DNA of 21,134 bases from Archangium sp. (GTDB lineage Bacteria > Myxococcota > Myxococcia > Myxococcales > Myxococcaceae). Each line of letters begins with the position of its first letter. Positions within the stretch are counted from its first letter, which is position 1. Below, in pieces: positions 1 through 7,930 of this stretch. The notes under the pieces were generated by a model. It saw only the letters and a list, made by a program, of their open reading frames with translations, did no database searches and had not been told where the DNA came from. The DNA is taken from NCBI GenBank assembly GCA_031367385.1, contig JANLPS010000536.1, forward strand, positions 1 to 21,134. Reading direction: 5' to 3'. The position numbers were made by a program, and so were the translations under genes.

Positions 1-2451
1 GCCCTGGGCCCGAATCAAGAAGTCGTCACGCAGGGTCAGCACCACCCGCAGCGGCCCGTCGGCGTTCGAAGAGGCGCTCACCAGGGCGGCGGCGTAGGCC
101 TCTCGCTCGGTCGCCGATTGGCAGAGGGTGATGAGCTCTTCGAACTGGTCGATGACCACCAGGTATTTGCCGTGCTTCGCGTTGGCGAGCTCGGTGAAGC
201 GGCGCCCCAGCTCAGTCGGGTCTTTCTCGACCGCCGCTTGGAGCCCCTCGGCGTCGACTCCGAGGGTCTTGAGCTTGGCGACCAGGGTGGCGAGCGGCGT
301 GTTGCCGGGGCGCACGACCACCAAGCTCAGGTCATCGGCGAGCAGCGGCGCGACACCGGCTTGAACGAACGATGACTTACCGACACCCGAAGGGCCGACC
401 ACCGCCAAGAAGGGGCTCACCCGCAGGCGGTTGGCGACGGCCTGCGCCTCGGGCTCGCGGCCGAAGAAGTCTTGCGCGTCTGAGGCGGTGAACGAGGCGA
501 GGCCGCGATAGGGCGGCTTGTCTTCGGCCCGGGTCAGGTCGCTGTCGTGGCTCGCGCGGGGCCAGTTGGCGTCGAGCCAGCTCCAGGTGGCCTCGTCTTG
601 CCGCTCGAACTCACGCGGAGCGGAGACCAACCTCGCGCCGTAGCGCCCTGCTCCGCTGAAGAGAAAAATGTCGGGGGGCTCGCCGGGGCTGGGGGCGAGG
701 GTCTGAATGAGCGGGTTGAGCCGCAGCGTCGCGGTGAGCGTTTCGTCGACCAGAAACAGGTCGCCCTCGACCGCGCTGGGCATTCTCACCTGCACCGCCG
801 AGCGCACCGGCCGCCGGCACCCGCTGAACGCCTCGAAGACGCCAGGCTCAGCCGAGGCGCGGGTCAGCGTGTGACGCAGCAAGAAATCAGCCGCGCGCAA
901 CACCGGCCCCAGCTTGGCCACCAGCCGCTCGAAGCACACCAGCGCCTCTTCTTCGCTGCCAGGCACCTGCTCGAGTTCGGCGTTCTCGAGGGCGAGTATC
1001 GCCTCGGTCTTGGTGCCTTCGGGCGTCACGCAAAAATCGAGCAGCCCCGGCAACGGGTAGCGCTCGCGTTGCAACGCCCACGGGTGCACCGCGAGCCACA
1101 GCAGCGAGACCCACGCATGGTGCTCGAGCCGGCCGTTTCGCAGCGCCGAGATGAGCGAGGTGAGCGGGGCCTCTTGTTCGGCGCTCGCGGGGCCCACCCG
1201 TTGGCGGCACATCACGGCCAAGAGCGCGAGAAACCGGGCCAACAGCCGCAGCGCTTTGCGAGAGGTGTCGAGCCCGGTCTGCGCGGTGCGAACCACCTCG
1301 AGCAGCGCGATGGTCTCGGCCAACGGCTGGGGCGCGGCGTCGACCCATTCTTGGCGCAGCGCCTCGGAGATCGACGGCAACACCCGCTGGTTGGCGAGCG
1401 CCACTGAGAGCAGGGCCCGGCCCAGGCTGGCCGCGCGGTCTGGCCGCGCCTTGGGGTCTTTGGCGAGCGCCCGGTCGAAGACCCCCTGCAACCCCTCGGG
1501 AAAACCACTGGGCAAGCGGGGGATGGCGGCCTGCAGATGCGAGAGCGCCATGCTGCTGGTGGTCTTCGCCAGGTACGGCAGCTGGCCGGTCAGCATCTGC
1601 CAGGCGAGCACGCCCAGCGAGTACACGTCGGCCTGGGCGGTCACGTCACGGCTGTTGAGCCACTGCTCGGGCGCCATGTACGCCGGGCTGCCCACCGCGT
1701 CGGTGACGCTGGTAATCGAGAGCTTCTCGGCCAGCTCGATGCGATTGAGGGTGGTCGGGGTGTTGATGACGGTGTTGGTCTTGAGCAGCACCGGGGTTGG
1801 CGCCGGTACGTAGGGGCCTCCATGGGCGGCGGTGCGAGAGCGGGTCTCGACCGACGACCGAGGGGTCTTGTCGAGGCTCGACAAAAAGGTGGCCTCGTCG
1901 ACCGAGAGGGCTTCTTGTTGCTCGCGTTGAGCGACGGTGGCGATGCCCAGGTCGAGCAGCTTGGGCAGCAACCGGCCGTTGCGCATCATCACCATCACGT
2001 TCGAGGGCTTGATGTCGCGGTGAATGATGCCCTTCTCGTGCATCGCGTCGACCACGTCGCACAGCGCGTCGAAGAAGGGGCCGAAGCGGGCCAGCGGCAT
2101 CGGGCCATGCTCTTTGAGGTAGACGCCGAGGTTCTTGCCGCGCACCAGCTCCATCGCGATCCACAGCAGGCCGTCGGGCTCGGCGCCGAAGGCGTACACC
2201 GCGACCGCGTAAGGGTGGTCGAGCCGAGAGGCGAGCCGGGCTTCGCGCAGAAAGCGGCTCTGGGTATGGCCGTCGGCGTCGCTGCCGGCGAGCAGCACTT
2301 TGATCACCGCTTCGCGGCCCAGCAGCGTCTGTTGCGCGCGGTATGCGGCGCCGACGCCCCCTTCGGCGAGCTTCTCCATCACCAGAAAGTCGCCCAGCGT
2401 TCGCCCGGTGAGGGTCGCGGGCAAAATGTTGGTCGGAGCGGGGGTCACCAT
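1..2451 (-). CDS. Ser/Thr protein kinase fused to a STAND (nSTAND1-like) P-loop NTPase; 3' end runs off the window
   Basis: Not in the ORF track because it has no stop inside the window. Translated by hand from ATG 2451 (MVTPAPTNILP...), open for 817 codons to base 1. Kinase motifs: AEGGVG, AVIK, HRDIKPSN, DLG, GSPAYMAPE, DVYSLG. After a ~280-aa middle region come PYRGLASF..DFFGRE, Walker A GPSGVGKSS, Walker B LVVIDQFEE and VVLTLRDDF, typical of nSTAND1 proteins. Confidence 0.92.
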   Translation of the reverse strand, partial: MVTPAPTNILPATLTGRTLGDFLVMEKLAEGGVGAAYRAQQTLLGREAVIKVLLAGSDADGHTQSRFLREARLASRLDHPYAVAVYAFGAEPDGLLWIAMELVRGKNLGVYLKEHGPMPLARFGPFFDALCDVVDAMHEKGIIHRDIKPSNVMVMMRNGRLLPKLLDLGIATVAQREQQEALSVDEATFLSSLDKTPRSSVETRSRTAAHGGPYVPAPTPVLLKTNTVINTPTTLNRIELAEKLSITSVTDAVGSPAYMAPEQWLNSRDVTAQADVYSLGVLAWQMLTGQLPYLAKTTSSMALSHLQAAIPRLPSGFPEGLQGVFDRALAKDPKARPDRAASLGRALLSVALANQRVLPSISEALRQEWVDAAPQPLAETIALLEVVRTAQTGLDTSRKALRLLARFLALLAVMCRQRVGPASAEQEAPLTSLISALRNGRLEHHAWVSLLWLAVHPWALQRERYPLPGLLDFCVTPEGTKTEAILALENAELEQVPGSEEEALVCFERLVAKLGPVLRAADFLLRHTLTRASAEPGVFEAFSGCRRPVRSAVQVRMPSAVEGDLFLVDETLTATLRLNPLIQTLAPSPGEPPDIFLFSGAGRYGARLVSAPREFERQDEATWSWLDANWPRASHDSDLTRAEDKPPYRGLASFTASDAQDFFGREPEAQAVANRLRVSPFLAVVGPSGVGKSSFVQAGVAPLLADDLSLVVVRPGNTPLATLVAKLKTLGVDAEGLQAAVEKDPTELGRRFTELANAKHGKYLVVIDQFEELITLCQSATEREAYAAALVSASSNADGPLRVVLTLRDDFLIRAQG

Positions 2452-2599
2452 GAGGAGCGGAGCGTCGGGCCGAAGGCTAGGCCACTGTGCGCAGAGGAGC
2501 GAAAATCTCAACCGCGACGCGCGAGCGATGTGGGCGGGTGTCGGCAAGCCCTTGGCGACAAGCGTGCTTCGGCAGCTGAACCGCTTATCGTCGGCGGCC

Positions 2600-4420
2600 A
2601 TGATCGACGATGACTCCGGTTCGAATCAGACGTTCGTCGGGCCAGCGTCGAGCCCGCGCGGGAGCTCGCCCGAGGTGCTGCGACTCGAGGGCGCCGAGCG
2701 GTACCGCGACGTGTGCGAGCTGGGCGCTGGCGGCATGGGCGAAGTGCGGCTGACACGTGACTTTCGGCTCGATCGCGAGGTGGCGCTCAAGCGGCTGCGC
2801 TCGACCCTCACCCACCCCGAGTACATCGAGCGTTTCTTGCGCGAAGTTCGGGTGCAAGGGCAGCTGGAGCACCCTGCGGTGGTGCCGGTCTACGACCTGG
2901 GGCTGACGCCCGAGGGGGCTCCGTATTTCACGATGAAGCGGGTTCGCGGGCAGACCCTGTTTCAGGTCATCACGCTGCTCAAAGCCGGCGACCCGGCCGC
3001 GACGGCGAGGTTCACCCGCTGGCGCTTGCTGGCGGCCTTCAACACCGTCTGCCTGGCGATCGACTCGGCCCACAGCCGCGGGGTGCTCCACCGCGACCTC
3101 AAGCCCGGCAACATCATGCTGGGCGAGTTCGGAGAAGTGCACGTGCTCGACTGGGGCCTGGCCAAGATTCGAGGCAGCGCCGAGCCCGAAGCGAGTGACA
3201 GCGCGCCGGTGATTCGCGAGGGCGAAACCGATGCAGGCCACCAGACGGCGGCCGGCTCGGCGATGGGCACGCCCGGCTACATGTCACCGGAGCAAGCCGA
3301 TGGCCTGCTCGACACGTTGGACGAGCGCACCGACGTGTATGCGCTGGGGGTGATTCTGCACGAGCTGCTCTTTCTCGAGCCGGTGCACGGGGCCAACACG
3401 CCGGTCGAGCGGCTGCTGAGCACCCGGCGGCGGCACCTGCCCGACTCACGCCGCGACGACGTGCCTCCAGAGCTCGACGCGATCTGGCGAACTGCCTGCG
3501 CCGCCTCGCCTGATGACCGCTACCCGTCGGCACGCGCGATGGCCGACGCGGTCGAGCGGTTTCTCGACGGTGAGCGCGACGAGGTTCGCCGACGGGAGCT
3601 GGCCGACGCGCAGCTGACCATCGCCGCGAACGCGATGAGTGAGAGCGAGGCCGGGAGGCGGCAAGCCCTGCAGGCCCTCGGGCGCGCGCTGGCCCTCGAC
3701 CCGACCAATGCAAAGGCGTTGACGCGGCTGTCGACCCTGCTGGCGACGCCTCCGCTCGAGACGCCGGTCGAGGCCCAGCGGCAGCTCGACGCCCTTGACG
3801 CCGCACGCACCAAGAGCCTGCTGCTCGCCAGCGCGTTTCGCCTGCTGATTTGGACATTTGGCATGGGCGCGACGATGGTGCTGCTCGGGGTGAAGTCGAA
3901 CGCGCTGGCCGCTCTGACGCTCGCGCTGATGAGCTCGGCGACGGTGGCGACCTGGGCCGCGGCGCGCAGCCGCCGGGTGAGCGACTGGCAGTTTCCCGCT
4001 GGGGTGTTTGGCCTGGTGGCGGTGGGCACGCTGGCGGTGGTGATCAACCCGCTGCTGGTAGTGCCGACGTTGGCCGCGACACACGCGATGCTCTTCGCGA
4101 GCAATGCGCCTGGGGGTGCGCGGCGCGCGATGATGTTCGCGGCCGTCGCGATGGTGGTGGTGCCGGCGCTGTGGGCTCCGCTGGGGGGCTACGTGACCCT
4201 GTCAGATGAGACGCTGGGCATGACCTCGCCGCTGATCAAGTTCGACTCGCCCTCAGTGCCCTTCGTGCTGCTCTTTTTGTCGCTGGTGCCGGTGGTGACG
4301 CCCACGGCCCTGGTCGGGCGGCTGCGTGATGACTTCGTGGCGGCTGAACGAAACGTGGTGGTGCAGTCGGCGGCGGTGATGGCGCTGATACCGACCGACG
4401 GGCGCAAAGACGTGAGCTGA
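2600..4420 (+). CDS. Ser/Thr protein kinase with C-terminal multi-pass membrane domain (~606 aa)
   Basis: Motifs LGAGGMGEV, VALK, HRDLKPGN, DWGLAK, GTPGYMSPE, DVYALG; then a TPR-like helix (ALGRALALDP) and about six hydrophobic segments. Start set at ATG 2600 (MIDDDSGSNQTF) because the track's start at 2300 overlaps the opposite-strand kinase. Confidence 0.92.
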   Translation: MIDDDSGSNQTFVGPASSPRGSSPEVLRLEGAERYRDVCELGAGGMGEVRLTRDFRLDREVALKRLRSTLTHPEYIERFLREVRVQGQLEHPAVVPVYDLGLTPEGAPYFTMKRVRGQTLFQVITLLKAGDPAATARFTRWRLLAAFNTVCLAIDSAHSRGVLHRDLKPGNIMLGEFGEVHVLDWGLAKIRGSAEPEASDSAPVIREGETDAGHQTAAGSAMGTPGYMSPEQADGLLDTLDERTDVYALGVILHELLFLEPVHGANTPVERLLSTRRRHLPDSRRDDVPPELDAIWRTACAASPDDRYPSARAMADAVERFLDGERDEVRRRELADAQLTIAANAMSESEAGRRQALQALGRALALDPTNAKALTRLSTLLATPPLETPVEAQRQLDALDAARTKSLLLASAFRLLIWTFGMGATMVLLGVKSNALAALTLALMSSATVATWAAARSRRVSDWQFPAGVFGLVAVGTLAVVINPLLVVPTLAATHAMLFASNAPGGARRAMMFAAVAMVVVPALWAPLGGYVTLSDETLGMTSPLIKFDSPSVPFVLLFLSLVPVVTPTALVGRLRDDFVAAERNVVVQSAAVMALIPTDGRKDVS

Positions 4421-4754
4421 GTCGAACACAAAACAGGTGCTGCAGCCTGCACATCGCGGTTTAACCTCGAGCACGCACACACCGCGAAGGCGTCGAGACG
4501 CCCTCCATTCTCTCTCTCGAGCGCCCGAGCCGAGAACGTAAATGCTTGAAAAAAGAGGAGTTCAAGGCTCGCCGCGAGACCTGCCGACGTCTGACCGCGG
4601 GGCCGCACCCCCGAACGGGTGTCGCGTCGCGTTCGCCTCCAGGGGGGGTCACCCCTGCACCGAGACCTCAGGTGGTCTCGCGTCGGGGGTCTCAGACCCG
4701 AAGGAATCCCCTGAACAATCGCTTTCTGAAGACCAAGGCCTTAAGCGCATCGCC

Positions 4755-5825
4755 ATGACTGTCTTTCGCCGGGTGGCCGCGCTGAGCGGCGTGGTCGTGG
4801 TGAGCGCCGTGGTCGGGGTGGGCTGTCTGTCTGCGCCTCGCTGGCAGGGGCCGGTGACCGAGCACTTCGACGGCGAACAATTCGTCACCCCCGGCGCCCC
4901 CGAAAAGCACGGCGGCTTCTCGAGCCTGAGCGGCCTCAAGAGCCTGCTCGACTGGCAGCTGCACCGTGAGCGCGGGCCCTGGCGCGAGTACCGAGACGAG
5001 CCCTTCGGCCCCCGCCCGCCCGCCCAAGTGCCGAGGGGCGCGATGCGGGTCACTTTCATCAACCACGCCACCACCCTGATTCAGCTCGACGGGGTCAACG
5101 TCATCACCGACCCGATCTACGCCGAGCGGTGCAGCCCGGTGTCATTCGCGGGCCCGAAGCGGGTTCGCCCGCCCGGCATTCGCTTCGAAGACCTGCCGCG
5201 CATCGACGTGATCGTGCTCAGCCACAACCACTACGATCACCTCGACGTGGCGACGCTCAAGCGCCTCACCGAGCTTTACCCGCACGCGCGCATCTTCGCG
5301 GGCCTTGGCAACGCCGCGTTCTTGACCGCCCAGAAGCTGGGCAACATCACCGAGCTCGACTGGTGGGAGCACCGCGAGGTCAACGGCGTCACCATCACCA
5401 GCGTGCCGAACCAGCACTTCTCGAACCGGGGCGTGACCGACGGCGACGGCACCCTGTGGTCGGCGTGGGCCCTCACTGGCAGCAACGGCAGCGCCTTCTT
5501 CGGAGGCGACACCGGCTACGGCCCGCACTTCAAGACGGTCGGCGATCGCCTCGGGCCCTTTCGCCTCGCGGTCTTGCCGATTGGCGCCTACAAACCCAAG
5601 TGGTTCATGTCTCCGATTCACATGTCACCCGAGCAGGCGGTGGAAGCCGCCAACGATCTGCGCGCCGGGCTCTCGGTGCCGATGCACTACGGCACCTTCA
5701 ACCTGGCCGACGATGGAGAAACCGAGCCGCTCGAGGCGCTGGCTGCGGCGCTTCAAAAAAGACCGACGTCTTTCGCCGTGTTGGGTTTCGGTGAGGGGCG
5801 TGATGTGCCAGAGGGAACCCCATGA
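4755..5825 (+). CDS. MBL-fold metallo-hydrolase, NAPE-PLD/RomA-like, probably exported (~356 aa)
   Basis: VTFINHAT, ITDPI, HNHYDHLD (HxHxDH), FFGGDTGY, LPIGAY, HMSPEQA and PMHYGTF motifs. N-terminal basic plus hydrophobic signal ending ...VGVGC (imperfect lipobox). Start placed at ATG 4755. Confidence 0.9.
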   Translation: MTVFRRVAALSGVVVVSAVVGVGCLSAPRWQGPVTEHFDGEQFVTPGAPEKHGGFSSLSGLKSLLDWQLHRERGPWREYRDEPFGPRPPAQVPRGAMRVTFINHATTLIQLDGVNVITDPIYAERCSPVSFAGPKRVRPPGIRFEDLPRIDVIVLSHNHYDHLDVATLKRLTELYPHARIFAGLGNAAFLTAQKLGNITELDWWEHREVNGVTITSVPNQHFSNRGVTDGDGTLWSAWALTGSNGSAFFGGDTGYGPHFKTVGDRLGPFRLAVLPIGAYKPKWFMSPIHMSPEQAVEAANDLRAGLSVPMHYGTFNLADDGETEPLEALAAALQKRPTSFAVLGFGEGRDVPEGTP

Positions 5826-7861
5826 AGGCGTGGCTGTGCGTCATCGGGGTGGTCATCGCGGGGTGCGCCTCGAACGGCGTCGAGAGCGGTTTGCTGGTGA
5901 CGCTCGAGCTCGACCCGGGGCTGACCTCGAAGTGCGTGCAGCTGGTCGCGCGGGTGGGCTCGACCGAGCGCCGCAGCGGAGGCATCGTGCTCACCGGCTC
6001 GACCACCACCCGGGTCGCGGTGGCGCAGGGCGATTTTCCCAACGTGGTGACGCTGCAGGCGTTCGGGTTTTCTGACGAGGCCTGCCGCACCTTGACCTCG
6101 CCAGCCGAAGACACGCTGAGCACCGAGGCCCGCTTCGTGAAAAACGTGCCGACCACTGCGGTGACCTTGCGGGTACGCCGGGCGTTGCTCACCGGTGAGA
6201 ACTGCGGCAACGGCCTCGACGACGACGACGATCAGCTCGTCGATTGCGCCGACCCCGATTGCAACACCAAGAGCTGCAGCCAGGGCAACGCCTGCATCGT
6301 CGAACAGAGCTGCACGGCCGGCTCGTGTGTCGGCGGCACGGTCAAGAAGTGCACCACCCCGCCCAACGGGTGCTTCGCGGCGAGCGGCAACTGCGAGGCT
6401 CCGGCCGGCACCTGCGCGTACAGCCCGCGCGTCGACGCGGCGTGCGACGACGGCGACCCCTGCACGGTGAGCGATCGCTGCGGCGCGACCGGCGCCTGCG
6501 TGGGGAGCCCCCGAATGTGCACCAACCCGCCCAGTCAGTGTCACACCGCGGTGGGCCTGTGCAGCGGCACCGACGGTGGCGCCTGCGTGTACACGTTGGT
6601 CGAAGGTCAGAGCTGCTCTGACGGCAACTCGTGCAGCATCGGCGACCGCTGCTCAGCCGCTGGCACCTGCGCCGGAGTGCTCGTCAGCTGCCCGCTCAAA
6701 GAGTGCCAAGCGTTCTCTGGCAGCTGCGATGGCGACGGCGGTTGCCAGTACATGCCGACCAACGCGGGCGCCCAGTGCCGCACCACCGGCGTGTGCAACG
6801 GCGCCGGCAGCTGCAACCTCCCCTTTCCTTACACGCCGAGCAACGTGACGCTCGCGCAGATACCAAACACGCCGCCAGACGTGACGGTCTTCAACTGCGG
6901 CCAGACGACCATCGACACCAGCACCCTGCCTCCGACGGTGACCAACTGGTGCAAGACCGGGTTGCCCGACTTCGGCGCGGCGCTGGTCTCGCAGTCGGGT
7001 GAGCAGCCGATCATGGTGATGGCGTTCAAGGCCTTTCAGGTCGACGCGACCAGCAGCGTGCTGGTCAAGGGCACCCGCGGCGCGTTGATCGTCGTCACCG
7101 GCGACGCGACGGTGGCGGGGCCGATCAAAGCCGAGGCCGGGTTTCGGGCCTGCGCGGGTGGCTCGGGTGGCAATGGCGCCTCCGACCTGGGCGGCAACGG
7201 CGGGGCTGGCGGCGCGGGCTTCGGCTCGATCGGCGGCGCTGGCGCGAAGTCGGGCGGTGGCTCGGCCGGTGGCGCGGGCGGCACGACCAACGGAGACCCC
7301 TTGCTGGTGCCTCTGCGCGGTGGGTGCTCGGGCGGCACCGGCGGCGGCAACAACCGCATGATTGCGGTCGGCGGCGGCGCGCTGCAGATCTCGGTCGGCG
7401 GCACGTTGACGGTGTCGGGCCAAATCAGCGCTCCGGGTACGGGAGGCCTCGGGGCTCCGGGCACCGCGCTGGTGGTCAACGGCGGCAACGGTGCGGGCAG
7501 CGGCGGCGCGATTCTGTTGGAGGCGACCATCATCACCCTCACCGACACGGCCAGCCTCACCGCCAATGGCGGGTCTGGCGGCGAATCGAGCGATCTCTCG
7601 GCGAACCCGGGGCAATCGGGCGTGGCGGGCACGACCACCAAAATGCCGGCGCTGGGCGGCAAATCTCGACTGGGCGATGGGCAAGGCGGCAACGGCTCGG
7701 CGGGCGGCACCGGAGCCAACGCCGGGGCTGATTTCTCGGGGGGCGGCGGCGGCGGCGTGGGTCGAATTCGGTTGAACACCACCGGCGGCTGCAGCGTGAA
7801 CGCGTCGGCCATTCTGAGCCCCACGCCGACCACCCGCCAGGCGGGCACCGGCTGCCTGTGA
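5822..7861 (+). CDS. Cys-rich/Gly-rich putative surface lipoprotein (679 aa)
   Basis: Lipobox IAGC at residues 12-15; acidic motif ENCGNGLDDDDDQLVDCADPDC; repeated CxDGxxC..DRC Cys modules; Gly-rich C-terminal region (GSGGAILLEA, GGGGGGVGRIRLN). ATGA overlap with the MBL stop codon. Confidence 0.8.
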   Translation: MKAWLCVIGVVIAGCASNGVESGLLVTLELDPGLTSKCVQLVARVGSTERRSGGIVLTGSTTTRVAVAQGDFPNVVTLQAFGFSDEACRTLTSPAEDTLSTEARFVKNVPTTAVTLRVRRALLTGENCGNGLDDDDDQLVDCADPDCNTKSCSQGNACIVEQSCTAGSCVGGTVKKCTTPPNGCFAASGNCEAPAGTCAYSPRVDAACDDGDPCTVSDRCGATGACVGSPRMCTNPPSQCHTAVGLCSGTDGGACVYTLVEGQSCSDGNSCSIGDRCSAAGTCAGVLVSCPLKECQAFSGSCDGDGGCQYMPTNAGAQCRTTGVCNGAGSCNLPFPYTPSNVTLAQIPNTPPDVTVFNCGQTTIDTSTLPPTVTNWCKTGLPDFGAALVSQSGEQPIMVMAFKAFQVDATSSVLVKGTRGALIVVTGDATVAGPIKAEAGFRACAGGSGGNGASDLGGNGGAGGAGFGSIGGAGAKSGGGSAGGAGGTTNGDPLLVPLRGGCSGGTGGGNNRMIAVGGGALQISVGGTLTVSGQISAPGTGGLGAPGTALVVNGGNGAGSGGAILLEATIITLTDTASLTANGGSGGESSDLSANPGQSGVAGTTTKMPALGGKSRLGDGQGGNGSAGGTGANAGADFSGGGGGGVGRIRLNTTGGCSVNASAILSPTPTTRQAGTGCL

Positions 7862-7872
7862 GTTGATTGTCA

Positions 7873-7900
7873 TTGCACGCGGGGTCCACACCCGTAACAT
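7873..7900 (+). promoter_or_regulatory. Candidate sigma70-type promoter for the fadD-like operon
   Basis: TTGCAC (7873-7878), 16-bp spacer, TAACAT (7895-7900); GGAG Shine-Dalgarno at 7922-7925 before ATG 7931. Confidence 0.45.
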
Positions 7901-7930
7901 GCGCGTCCCGCTGCATTCGACGGAGAGCGC

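Noticed and set aside
547..2613. Long plus-strand ORFs (547-1407, 1537-2613) and similar antisense ORFs elsewhere (e.g. 6653-7900, 12433-13446, 16489-17487)
   Set aside because: Shadow ORFs opposite well-supported genes, expected in high-GC DNA; no independent motifs.
4565..4590. Cobalamin riboswitch B12-box resemblance (GCCGCGAGACCTGCC)
   Set aside because: The upstream conserved elements (AGGGAA, CCCCGCAACTGT-like) are absent and the downstream gene is not B12-related.
4685..4712. SRP RNA-like loop (CAGACCCGAAGGAATC)
   Set aside because: Only a superficial match; it lacks the CAGG...AGCAG internal loops and the flanking long helix.
4546..4758. 70-aa ORF whose stop overlaps the MBL start, possibly a leader peptide
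   Set aside because: TTG start with no upstream Shine-Dalgarno, weak third-position GC bias and no recognisable motif. The track's MBL extension to 4542 is rejected for the same reasons.
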